A DNA stretch of 56,075 nt, counting the filler, from Dirinaria sp. TL-2023a (Eukaryota), in assembly GCA_051941275.1 (NCBI GenBank). It is 5 parts of 5 records of this genome, joined end to end, with 100 filler letters (N's around TTAATTAATTAA, not from the genome) between each part and the next. Parts side by side here need not be neighbours in the genome. Positions count along the whole stretch, not along the records: positions 11,255 to 22,405 come from JAVEBF010000870.1; positions 22,506 to 33,631 come from JAVEBF010000872.1; 3 more parts are not named here. One strand, given 5' to 3'. Positions 15,550-26,652 of the stretch are shown one piece after another. Numbering within the stretch: the stretch's first letter is position 1; each line of letters starts with the position of its first letter. Made by a program: the position numbers and the translations under genes. The notes under the pieces are model-generated. The model did no database searches. It was not told the origin of the DNA and saw nothing but the letters and a program-made list of their open reading frames with translations.

Positions 15550-16651
15550 ATCAGTGAAGAGTGAAGGAGAAAAATCAAGAGAATTTTTCATGACATGAGA
15601 AAAAACGATAGCTCGCCACGCCTAGCGTGTTAGCTTGCTTTATAAAAGAGTGTGCGCAGCACTGGAAAGATATAATCAAAAGAGGATGAGGCCGAAGGGA
15701 GCCCAGAGGGGCGAGAGGAATTGCCATTGCAACGTGTAGCTTTTGGGGCTATAGGCACCCACACGGAGATGATTCCCATTTTGGAGGAAGAAATGTTTGT
15801 ACGACGGTAGTGGTGTTTCACCTTGGATATTCTCCAGAAGGATTCAGATTAAGATGAGAGCAGGAGTTTCTGAACGCCTTAAATCGCCTCCTTGGTCTAG
15901 TAATAGCGAGCTAACCGTTCTTGGTTAAACCAACCGCCGGTGGGCGAATTCGAACATCAGCCTTAAGGTACTCGAAACACGGACAATTCACCGCGCACAA
16001 TAATACTGATCATACTCGAGGATGACCCATAAGGTAGATGAACCGATGATACTCGACAAAGGAATCTCGACGCAGAATACCAATAACACTTAAGCACAAT
16101 CCAGAGGTCAGAAGGACTGATCATTATCAACAACAACTGACAGGACAGAGCAACTGATGATCCTCCGCTAAAATCCAGCGTACTACCTAGGTTGCCTAAG
16201 GTACTTGTCGAAATGACGTCTCCTGCTCTCAAATCATCGTACTATCTACCTTGCTCTGCTTTCTCCATCCGCTAGAAGCTTCCCTGCCTTAAGTCGCAGT
16301 GTCTACCATATTTCATTACAGCTTATCCTAAGGCACTTCTCTGTCGCCTAGTAGTGAAAGGGGTGGCACTAGATGCGTTTTTACGAAGGCTTTTTTTCCC
16401 TTTTTCCTTTTCTTTTTTTCTTTATCTTTTGGCTAGACAGTGGGACTTCCCCAGCCCACCCTGTTTATCAGTACAAATTGTACCGGCATGGAGATTATTG
16501 CTATCAGCGAGTCTTTCAAATGTATTACTATTGCCTCATTTTCATTTGATTCGTCACAAAATCTCCACCTCGATCAACAGTCATGAGGTGCATTCTTGGC
16601 TCAGTAGCCATCAATGGCTAAAGGGCAGCAAGCCCGAAAAACTGCTCCTTC

Positions 16652-17203
16652 TCAGACAGGCCTCTGCACCGTAATATCAAGCGGCAACCCCCCCTCCGCC
16701 GGCGTCAACACCACACTGCCTCCATTGCCAACCTCCCTCCCTCCAGTACACCCCTGAATGACCTCCCTGGTCGCCATCCTCAACGCCCCCAGCCTCACGG
16801 TGACATCAGGTCTCTGGTTTAGAGGCGCGGAACCATAGTATACCGCGAACGCGAGCGAGCACGTCGGAGCCCCTGCCACAGGTTCATCCAAAGGAGCGAC
16901 CTCAATGGGCGTGAGGACGTATTGGACCGGGTTCGCAGCAGCGGCTGTGCGGTTGGTGGTGAACGTTATTGTGTGAGGGCCAGGGCCGGCGGACTTGTGT
17001 GCAGCCGTGAAGTTATGTAACGCGAAGTGGCAGTTCGGCTGGGGGATTGGAGGGAGGGTAGGGTCTGGCCCGGCGGGAAAGCAGGTGAGTTGGGTGATGT
17101 TCGGGGCTGCGACGTGATCGAGGACTTGTGGTAAGGCAGTGCTGAGGGTGGGTAGGAAGAGAGAGCTTAGGAGGGCAAGCGATATCCAAGGAAGATTGGG
17201 CAT
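16652..17203 (-). CDS. Small secreted cysteine-containing protein (183 aa), effector candidate
   Basis: Intronless ORF, hydrophobic signal peptide MPNLPWISLALLSSLFLPTLSTA, 4 Cys, C-terminal REVIQGC..GNGGSV motif. Confidence 0.8.
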   Translation of the reverse strand: MPNLPWISLALLSSLFLPTLSTALPQVLDHVAAPNITQLTCFPAGPDPTLPPIPQPNCHFALHNFTAAHKSAGPGPHTITFTTNRTAAAANPVQYVLTPIEVAPLDEPVAGAPTCSLAFAVYYGSAPLNQRPDVTVRLGALRMATREVIQGCTGGREVGNGGSVVLTPAEGGLPLDITVQRPV

Positions 17204-17905
17204 CTTCTATCCTGTTTCTGGTGGATCTGAATAAGAGGCTCCAGTTCTGAACCGGGAGATTGAAAGTCGGGCGGGCTTTGTAAGGCTACCATATTGGAGG
17301 CGAAGCATGCGGGCTTCTAGAAGGTATTTCAATTTTCTCAAGAGCGGGGAAACATGTACGCTCGTACACTAGACTCTGACCTGCTTACCTACTTTATGCG
17401 GCTCTCGGATTTTATCGGTTGATAACTTGATAGCGCATCAAGGTTCGAGCGCTTCTTTTATTAGATCACGAAAAGTTTTGTCGGCTGTGGCGGCTGTAGT
17501 CGCTCGACGCTAATCGCAGAATATCAGGCATTTGTGTGTCACAGTGCATTGGGCTTTAAGCGATATCATCTATGTAAGTAAGTCACCTGAGATGTACCTA
17601 CCAACCTATAACCTCACAGCCTAACATGCGCAGCGGTGAGTTGATCCTTCTTAACAGGGTTGATGTCAAGCGCTGCCTACGTAGACAGTCGAATGTTAAT
17701 GCGTTACATGTACTTTGAATTATCTGGGCCACTAACCACAAGAACCACTTGAGAAGGAATCCAAACGCAGGTATCGGAACCATTTCAAGCTAGAAGCAAG
17801 CCTCAAAGCCCCACTATCCATCAGAAAGCTGTACCTTCCAATGAAATTTTGCAGATGGCCTTCAAACCCATGGACCGACCGGTCCTGACTCCATCCCTGT
17901 CAACC

Positions 17906-18526
17906 CTAGCGTAAAACCAAGGTAGCCACACGAGAGTGTATACGAGCGACACCAGTGGGACCTATGCTGTGAGGATGTGCTGGAGACATGACGATCTGGC
18001 GTTTGCATTCCTGAGATGCATGTTGTCTATCATCGAAACTCCCAAGAACCCAGGCACTTTTGCCCCAATTGGCGATCTTCGCTGGTCGAGCACTTTGGAT
18101 CACAACGTGGACATGCTGTCCTCGAGCGATACGGCCTGGTTGCGGCAAAGATCGTCGTACATAGGTTGGGACTATGAAATAGCTGCGCCATACTCCATCA
18201 TTGCCGAACAATTGAAGTTCCTCGCGATTGTCCGGCCTCAGTCCATGATGAGAGTTCCAGTCTGCACTAATGACACGGGAGCACGTGCTGCCTGCGCTCC
18301 AAGCAAAGCATCGGGCAGCTCCCTCTTCCAGGAAGGCGTTTTCTTCAACGTGCAGGATGTTATCAGCCGGATTTCCAGGGTGACTAAGTACTTGATAAAA
18401 GACAATGTACACTTTTTGCTCTTCATACCGGGCAGTCTGACCTAAAGAGAGGCTCTGACATGAGGTGGCTCGCTGGCTTGCGTTGATTCGCTTGCGTGCG
18501 TTGATTCGCTTGCGTACAGACATCAT
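17906..18526 (-). CDS. Hypothetical protein (~206 aa)
   Basis: Long uninterrupted ORF from MMSVRKRINARKRINA; TATA-like tatata ~80 nt upstream; no family recognised. Confidence 0.45.
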   Translation of the reverse strand: MMSVRKRINARKRINASQRATSCQSLSLGQTARYEEQKVYIVFYQVLSHPGNPADNILHVEENAFLEEGAARCFAWSAGSTCSRVISADWNSHHGLRPDNREELQLFGNDGVWRSYFIVPTYVRRSLPQPGRIARGQHVHVVIQSARPAKIANWGKSAWVLGSFDDRQHASQECKRQIVMSPAHPHSIGPTGVARIHSRVATLVLR

Positions 18527-19340
18527 CGATGGTAATGCTTCTGGAAACAGTGTTAAAATAAGAGATGACAGACTCCTGAGCTTTGTCGGGATTGGAGAGA
18601 GACTATATAAAATGACATGGTGCCAGCATAGGTAGATTGAAAGCAAACACAAAACAAATGGTCCTTCACGATTGAGAAGAATTTGATGAAGCAAATAGTA
18701 GAAGGCGCAAGGCATTTGTTTCCCATGGCAACAGTTTTATTCTCATGCTTTCATCCAATCTTTTAGCCACACCTACGGATCATACCAGTGCCAAAAGAGG
18801 AAACCATCCTAATAAGCTTAATGCACATAGGACAACATATCCAGAAGTCTTGTAAATTGCCATGATTATGCAGGTGAAACAGTCAGTGATTGCTACCTTA
18901 TATTTCATCGGCGCTCTTTGAACTGTAAAATGTAATAATGTTTGGATGCTTGGGTAGTAGATTCCGGAGTGAGTTTTCAGATCGAAAAGATTATGGATGT
19001 GGGAGAATTCCGCATTTTGAGCTGTTTGAGTCATTTGTTGCAAGCGGTAAATGCGAGTAATTGTTGTTAAGAAAGAGATAGCAGACCTTTCTCGATGGGA
19101 ACCCTCGGAAGCCTAACGCGGCTGGAAAGAGCTAGCGTTTCGGTTCAACTTCGGCTATCATAATTGCCCGACTTTCTCTACTCAACTACCACAGTCCAGC
19201 CAGTAGGTTAAGCCTAAAAACATCATTGGATGGCCTTTTGATTCTCTGCCTCTATTATCTGAGAACGAGTTCTGGTTCCGGCCATGCTCTCCATACGCAT
19301 ACATCCAAGGACTCATTGTGTTCCCTGAATCACTCAAATA

Positions 19341-22181
19341 ATGAGCGTGGCCAAGTTCTCAGCGCGTCTTGCGCGCTCCACATCTAATCAAGTCCTAACA
19401 CATCGGCGTCACATATACCACCCTGCAGCAAATGTTGGCGGTATTCTTCAAGCACAGGGGCCGTCAGTTGCCCGAAGCGCACAGAAACGGAAATGGCCGT
19501 TTGGCGCTAATGCTCTCCATAATGTCCCTGCTGTGCGGACCATTTCCTTCGCAAGGGCACTGCCGAGTTTGGCTGTCAAGATCATGCGTATACCTGCCAT
19601 GTTCGGTGCTGCTACTGTGGGTGGGCTTGCATACTTACAATATCAAGCAACCCAGGCAGGCAATTATGCGATGGAGAATATCCGGAAAGCAGGGGATATG
19701 GCGAGTGAGGCCGCAGGGACCGTGTTCGACGGAGCAAAAGGAATAGCTGAGCAGACCAAAACGGGCTGGGAGCGCACTAGGGATAACATCGCCTTACCAG
19801 AATGGTTGCAAGGTTTGTTTCCGAGAGAAGGGGGAACATCTGAGGATGGATCGTCCGGACCTGGGGGAGAGCCACCAAAACAAAGCAGAGCAGGTGCAGC
19901 AGCAGTCGCCGGGACAGGCGCGGCCTTCGGCTATACACACTCTCCAGAAGAAGATTCAAGGAGTGGAGAAGAGACGGCACGGGACGACCAAATGATGATG
20001 TTGACAAAGAAAATGATAGAGATACGAAGCATGCTGCAAGTAGTAGGGCAATCCAACGCACTCATATTACCGTCTATAGTCGTCATTGGATCACAATCAT
20101 CGGGAAAGAGCTCGGTTCTGGAAGCTATTGTCGGCCATGAATTCCTCCCGAAAGGTTCCAATATGATCACCCGGCGGCCCATTGAGCTTACTCTAGTAAA
20201 CAATTCAAATGCGGAGGCGGAATATGGGGAATTCCCAGCTTTGGGTCTGGGCAAGATTACGGACTTTTCGCAAATCCAAAAGACTCTCACGGATCTGAAT
20301 CTTGCCGTGCCTGCAGCAGACTGCGTATCGGATGATCCGATCCAGCTCTCTATCTACTCGCCAAATGTACCTGATCTCTCTTTGATTGACTTGCCAGGCT
20401 ATATACAGGTCTCAGGGATGGACCAGCCAACGGAGTTGAAGCAGAAGATTGCCGACCTTTGCGACAAGTATATCCAGCCACCGAATGTCATCCTTGCTAT
20501 ATCTGCAGCTGATGTCGATTTGGCCAACTCCACAGCTCTGCGCGCCAGCAGAAGGGTTGATCCTCGTGGTGAGCGAACTATCGGGGTTGTGACGAAAATG
20601 GACCTGGTGGAGCCAGGGAGAGGCGCAAGTATACTGGGCGATAAGAAATATCCGCTTCGTCTAGGATACGTTGGTGTCGTGAGCCGGGTACCACAAACCT
20701 CGGGAGGCCTTTTCTCAAGAGGTAGCGGCAACATTACCAACGCCATCACGAAGAATGAAAATGCATTCTTCTCATCCCATCCTCTCGAATACGGTCCTCA
20801 GTCAGATCTTGCAGTAGGAACGACGACCCTACGGAAGAAGCTCATGCACGTTCTAGAGCAAAGCATGGCATCAAGTCTTCAAGGTACTAGCGACGCTATT
20901 CATCAGGAATTGGAAGAGGCGACATACGAGTTCAAAGTCCAATATAATGACCGTCCTTTAAGTGCAGAATCCTACCTAGCAGAAAGCCTGGACACATTCA
21001 AGCATTCATTCAAGTCTTTTGCGGAATCCTTCGGGCGGCCACAGGTACGAGAACTGCTCAAAGAAGAGCTGAATCAGCGTGTTCTAGATATTCTTGCGCA
21101 GCGTTACTGGAACAAGCCGATCAATGACCTCTCAATTCCTCCCCCTGAACCTGATCCTCTTAGTGATCTGCCCAAAGCTGATCCGGAATCCCTGTTCTGG
21201 CATCGGAAGCTAGATGCATCGACTTCATCTTTGACGAAGTTGGGTATTGGACGACTCGCAACCACTGTCGTGGCTAATGCGCTACAATCCGAGGTCGACA
21301 GACTGCTTTCCGCATCGACATTTTCGGCACACCCTTTCGCCAAAAGCGCCATTATAGATGCGTCGTCTGGCATACTCAACGAACGCTTCTACAGCACGAG
21401 TGACCAAGTGGAGAACTGCATCAAGCCTTATAAATTCGAGATTGAGGTAGAAAACTCAGAATGGGCAAAATCGAGGCAAAATGTTGCGGATGTACTCAAA
21501 GACGAATTGAAAGCTTGCGAAGCAGCTGCAAGAGACGTGGAAGAGTCAGTCGGCGGCAGGCGGAAACTTAAGGATGTCATGGCATTCGTGGACCGTGTGC
21601 GAAAAGGCGAGGTCGTAGTAGAAGGCGATGGCGTTGGAGGTGCCGGTGGATACAGCGCGGCCCTTCTATCGAAAGGTAATTCCCTTATTTTCGACAACTT
21701 CGGGTATACATACACCTAACACCGGCTAGGTCGCGAAGCAGCCTTCCTCCGCGACCGCGCTTCCATCCTGCAAATGCGCCTCCTGGCCCTCAAATCCAAG
21801 CAATGTGCCACCAAGTCCCACAAATACCACTGTCCCGAAGTGTTCCTCGACGTCGTGGCCGACAAGCTCACCTCGACGGCGGTGCTGTTCCTCAACGTCG
21901 AACTGCTCTCGGAATTCTACTACAACTTCCCCCGCGAGCTCGATGCCCGGCTCGGCCGCCACCTACCCGAGAACGAAGTAGAGCGTTTCGCAAGAGAAGA
22001 TCCCAAGGTCCGCAAGCATCTCGATGTGATCCGGAGGAAGGAGATGCTGGAGCTGGTGCTGGAGAAGATGGAGAGTCTGCGCTTGTTGGAGGGGAAGGAG
22101 AAGAAGCGGCGCGAAGCGGGGTTGCAAGCCGCGGCTGGGGTTGCGGCGAAGGAACGGGGCAGGAAAGGATGGTTATTCTAG
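19341..22181 (+). CDS. mgm1: Mitochondrial dynamin-like GTPase Mgm1 (OPA1 homologue); intron 21676-21729
   Basis: Mitochondrial presequence, TM segment, LPSIVVIGSQSSGKSSVLEAIVG (G1), TRRPIEL, DLPG, TKMD; C-terminal FAREDPKVRKHLDVIRRKEMLE. Confidence 0.97.
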
Positions 22182-22405
22182 ATGCTACTACTACTCACTC
22201 TACCTTACCTATGTATGATTCTTTTGGGCGGGGCGAGGCGTTTCTACCTTACTAGGAGAGGGCAGTCGTATACCCTCACTACTTCTTTATCTTTCCGGTA
22301 AAATTGAGAAAGCTTTATTTTTTTTTTTTTTTTTTTTTTTCTTTCCTGGGACAATGGTTTGTTGAAAGACTCAATCCCCCATCTATATACACCAATATCC
22401 CTACC

Positions 22406-22505
22406 NNNNNNNNNNNNNNNNNNNNNNNNNNNNNNNNNNNNNNNNNNNNTTAATTAATTAANNNNNNNNNNNNNNNNNNNNNNNNNNNNNNNNNNNNNNN
22501 NNNNN
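22406..22505. other. Artificial contig spacer
   Basis: N44-TTAATTAATTAA-N44. Confidence 0.98.
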
Positions 22506-22514
22506 CCTCCCCTC

Positions 22515-23197
22515 CTACTCCCTAATCTCCCCTTCCTCCATCTCCTCCTCCTCCTCCTCCTTGATCTCCCCCTCCTCCGTCTCGCTGCCGCTATCGGCAG
22601 CAGCAGCGGCCGTGGCGGTCTCGGAGGCTTTATCCTGTAAGGTAGTGTTCGTCAGCGGCTGGCTGCATAAAGGTGTAAGTATGCGGATGGAGAGAGCTCG
22701 AAAGCTCGATTGGGGGTGAGTTGGGGGGTGGAAAAGTAGCATCGAATCTACAAAGTAGTAAATTTGAAGGCAAGAACTGCTGCTGATCGCAGGGATGTGT
22801 GTGTGGGTGCGTGCAGATATTTCGGAATGTGCTAGTGCAAATCTCACACATGATTGTGAAGTGTAAACCGCAAAGGGGGCAGAGCGATCCTAGTGGGAGG
22901 CCGAAGTTGTGCTGTGGATAGAGAAGGGGGATATAGTAATGAAGAACATGTTCAAGAACTTACCTCCTCCGAGGAGGGCTTCGTCGGCTCCGCCACCTCT
23001 AGGAGGTAGGCGGCATCCTCCTCGACCGCCGCGAGATAGGCGGCATCTTGCTCGGCCGCCTGCTCGAGCTCGTTGCTCTGAGCGCCGCCCTCGGTGGCGG
23101 TTGGCTCAGAGCCGATCTCGTCGGGCCGGGCTTCGGCCTCGTCGACGAGATCGCTCTGAGCCAGTGGTATTGGCGTTGTGGGCTTGTCTGGATCCAT
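22515..23197 (-). CDS. Small acidic hypothetical protein (~117 aa, 2 exons: 23197-22964 and 22634-22515)
   Basis: MDPDKPTTP...PSSEE|GTAAGT intron...TTACAG|DKASETAT...EEGEIKEEEEEEMEEGEIRE*; the splice is in frame and both exons are GC-rich. Confidence 0.6.
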
Positions 23198-23214
23198 GGG
23201 AGCGGCTTTATGCT

Positions 23215-23281
23215 TGTAGGATGTATGATAGAGGATGTTTGATAAGCGGTAGAGGATGTTTAAGAAGTGGTAGAGGATGTC
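23215..23281. repeat. Imperfect ~21-bp tandem repeat (core tagaggatgt) upstream of the acidic ORF
   Basis: gtaggatgt / tagaggatgttt / tagaggatgttt / tagaggatgt. Confidence 0.6.
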
Positions 23282-25671
23282 TCTTCTGTTGGAAGTGAGG
23301 TAATATCGAAAGGTGAGAGGAAAAGAGACGGTGGGAGTAAATAAAGATCGTTAGGTTGTTTAGGGCAAAAGGGAGTTGGATTGATGGAGACCGGTGGATT
23401 TACAGCAGCACAAGTCTGAGTTGACAAATTGTTGATCGTAAGACTCTCGTGTAGCAGACTTAAGGATTTCTTTGACAACGAAAGCTTCTGGATATGAATC
23501 TCGTCCTCGTGAGGCCTGGGTGCATGCAATGTGCTGAGGATGATAGTGGTTGGGTACTCCTGGCTACTCTTCCTGCTTGAGGATCTCTATGGAGCCCCTT
23601 ACCCTCATTTATTAGCCATCCACTGCCAGGACCATAGGTACTCTCCGTCCCTTGATGAAGTCCGATCAAGTCTTAATATCTATCAAAGCGTATTGTCGAT
23701 TCCAGGCCTTTCCCATCCCAAACCTGTGACTGTTCGACCAACCTTCGCTGGCAGAAGCGGCCTCGAAGCCCACGACATGGTCAGGGCGCGAGCACGAAAG
23801 ACTTCCATCATTACAAGGCTCTTACAATAACCCGTGAGCTATTTTGGAGCTCTTTCTTGCGCCGCCATCCTGATTTATTGTCTTAAGGCTAGCAGGTCCA
23901 TGGATTTGCAGCAAATACGTTGTCGCCATCACAGCCTGGATCATGCTATCGTCAATCTAACACCCTGAGAGCAATACTTGCGCCCATCCTGTGTACGATA
24001 TTCCGGTGCCAATGGTTGAGGAAATGAACTTTTTTGCAGCAGACAAGCCGTCATCGTCGCCGTCGTCGCCGTCGTCACTGTCGTCGCCACAGCGCTTCCA
24101 TGGTCACGGTGCTAATATATAAATCCCTGAGCTCGCTTTTTGGGCAGCCATACTATGTAAGGTCTCTTGATGATGCATTTATGGATTTGCGAGCAGGAGG
24201 CACGTCGTCGCGATCGCAGAGACGGTAGCAGATTAGATGCGACCAAGCCATAATGCCCTGGATACGTCAGCAGGTGTGTCTTTTTGCTTCGCCTAGCATT
24301 ACCAAGAGCTTACATTTACTACTTTACAGTTCGCAGCACAGTGAGGGACCGAGACAGCCATCTTGTCGCAGCTGGAGCGAAGAGTCAAGCGACCAGATGC
24401 GACGAGGCAGGCGATAAGAAGTACCCGGCAACTGTGGCGTTTCAGCCAAGCTTCGTGGCTTCGAGAGCCAACAGAATATCTTCAAATTAAGAGCTTGAGA
24501 AGCATATCTATACGCGGTCGATGAGGCTCTTGTGAGGCTCTTATGAGGCTGGAGGTTCGGTGAGCACTGCTGAGATATCGTACTCTTGCAATTTGAATTC
24601 TTGGAAGGGTGCTGCTCTGCGCAAGCTTCTCGATCACCCAGCATTTTGCAATATGCATATCGATCCACAAGGTGCTATAGCATGACTATGCTGCGCTGGA
24701 AACAATCATCGTCTCCATCTCTCTGAAGTTATGAGCGCAAGAAACAGATGTGTAAGCTTCACAGCTCAATGTCCGAAGCGTTTCGTTTTTCTATGATGTT
24801 GGGTATTTTCTGGGTTCTTCTTCAGCCTGCTTGATTGAGTGTTGAGTAGACACTGAAGTTAATCCATTGCTTCATCCTGCTGATGTGGCCATGTAGTTCT
24901 CATTTCTCTTTTGTATTGACATCAAGAATACTTGACACTGTGGCTTTGCTTCAACCCTTCGACATTGATAGCATTGAATGCTTTCTATATACTATTGGCT
25001 TTAGTAATTTCGTGTAACTGAGGATGTGTTCTGCATGTTTGCTTTGCTTTGATGTCGATCCAAACTAGGTCGCTTACTGTCGACAAGCAATCATGCTGGC
25101 AGATCCTGACAAGTTGTTTCGCCGGAAAGAATAACTTCTTTAGACTCTGATCAACTGACTAGCGACAACTATGCTTGGATTTCTGAGTGTCGAGCGAGAT
25201 GAAGCGCTGATGAATTCTTTTCATAGGAGCTTGGCTGTCATCATGGCAGAACGCATTATGACTGGCATTAACAGCTCTTGGCTACATGGCTTGAGGATTT
25301 CTTATTATCATTATTTCTACTAAAACAAATTGCAACACAAGTCTCGGTAGCTCCTGCCATTGTCATCATTTGGCAGAAGTGACTACATGATGGCTGAGCA
25401 CCGAACAGTTTGCTGCCTTGTAATCTGCTCATCAAAGAAGTGAGTATATCAGAGCAAGCAAACTGTGCACAAGCAAGGCCCAAGTGTCCAATTCATAGCT
25501 TTAAGGTTTGTTGTACAACTTGTTGCTGAAATCTATAAAAGATCATCTCCAATTTACAAGTGTGTCCTCTTTCAAATCGGCAACAGAGCCTTTCTTCGCT
25601 TGATTACTACCTGTGCGGTTCCCTTAGCAGCTTGCACTTGCTCTCAGAAGATTCAGAGACTGGGCCGAGAG

Positions 25672-26652
25672 ATGCACCTGCAAGCATATCGAAGGCGGCA
25701 GCATAATTACCCCATTCTTCTTGTTGCTCATCGCCAACAGTGCGAAATCAGCTACGATACCATTCGGGATTATCTACCTTCACTCGGCATCTTTTACCCA
25801 TACAGTCTTCAGAGCGGAATCGTGCACTTAGATCAGATTTGCAGCGTTCGCAGTCCGATTAACCCGGAAGCTATCAATCTCCTTCTCCGATACTTAAGAG
25901 AGGTGGATAGACGCCCCACCACAGTGTCTGCAGCCATCTCGGAAGGACTCGAACTGATCTGGAGAAATGCGCCTCGTTGCGGTGGCAGCGGTTGCTGCTT
26001 TACCACAGTCGTCTTTCGGTCCTTGGCCAAAGTATTTAACAGAAAATGTTGCGGATGCAACCCAAACATATTCTGGGAGATGGAGTCATTCTTTCTTAGA
26101 CACGCCTTGGAAATCGCAGAAAGAATGCCAGAAGCGATCTTCACGTACATAAAGGGACTTGATCGTATGAGCCTCAATAGGCCGGAGGTGATGAGTATGG
26201 GGCCTATCCTGGCGAGCCTGGTCCAGAACTTGCGTCTGGCGGATGTGCACAGTTGGCCATTGGCAGGAGACCTCAGTCCGAGATCCCAGCATCAACTGTG
26301 GATACTAATTATGCAATTTCAAGCTGCGAGATTGACTCCTAAATCTATTTCGACCCGCCAATGTTGCTCCTCTCCTTCGCTGCTGAGCCGGATGGGACCA
26401 TTGGCTCCCAGCGGCGCCATAGACCGCCGAGACCTTGCGGAGCTCTGTTCGCATGAGCCACACAGGTTTGCCGTTCATGACCTTGGACCGCTCTACTATC
26501 CGGGCTATGACCTCGATAAGATATCCAGCCTGGATTCAGAGTTGATCGGCAACGACTATGATCCGTCGGTTTTCGGTCATTTACTCTTCGACGACAACCC
26601 TATGTACCATGCTCAGCATCTTTTACCGAGCACCTTCTTGCACAGTGGGTAA
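25672..26652 (+). CDS. Hypothetical protein (~326 aa), possibly with a divergent BTB/POZ-like N-terminus
   Basis: Long intronless ORF; VHLDQ...INPEAINLLLRYL resembles the BTB helix pattern. Confidence 0.6.
   Translation: MHLQAYRRRQHNYPILLVAHRQQCEISYDTIRDYLPSLGIFYPYSLQSGIVHLDQICSVRSPINPEAINLLLRYLREVDRRPTTVSAAISEGLELIWRNAPRCGGSGCCFTTVVFRSLAKVFNRKCCGCNPNIFWEMESFFLRHALEIAERMPEAIFTYIKGLDRMSLNRPEVMSMGPILASLVQNLRLADVHSWPLAGDLSPRSQHQLWILIMQFQAARLTPKSISTRQCCSSPSLLSRMGPLAPSGAIDRRDLAELCSHEPHRFAVHDLGPLYYPGYDLDKISSLDSELIGNDYDPSVFGHLLFDDNPMYHAQHLLPSTFLHSG

Noticed and set aside
24913..25323. Possible RIP-degraded pseudogene frame (ILDTVALLQPFDID...)
   Set aside because: Five internal stops in 137 codons is about random expectation, and no family motif was recognised
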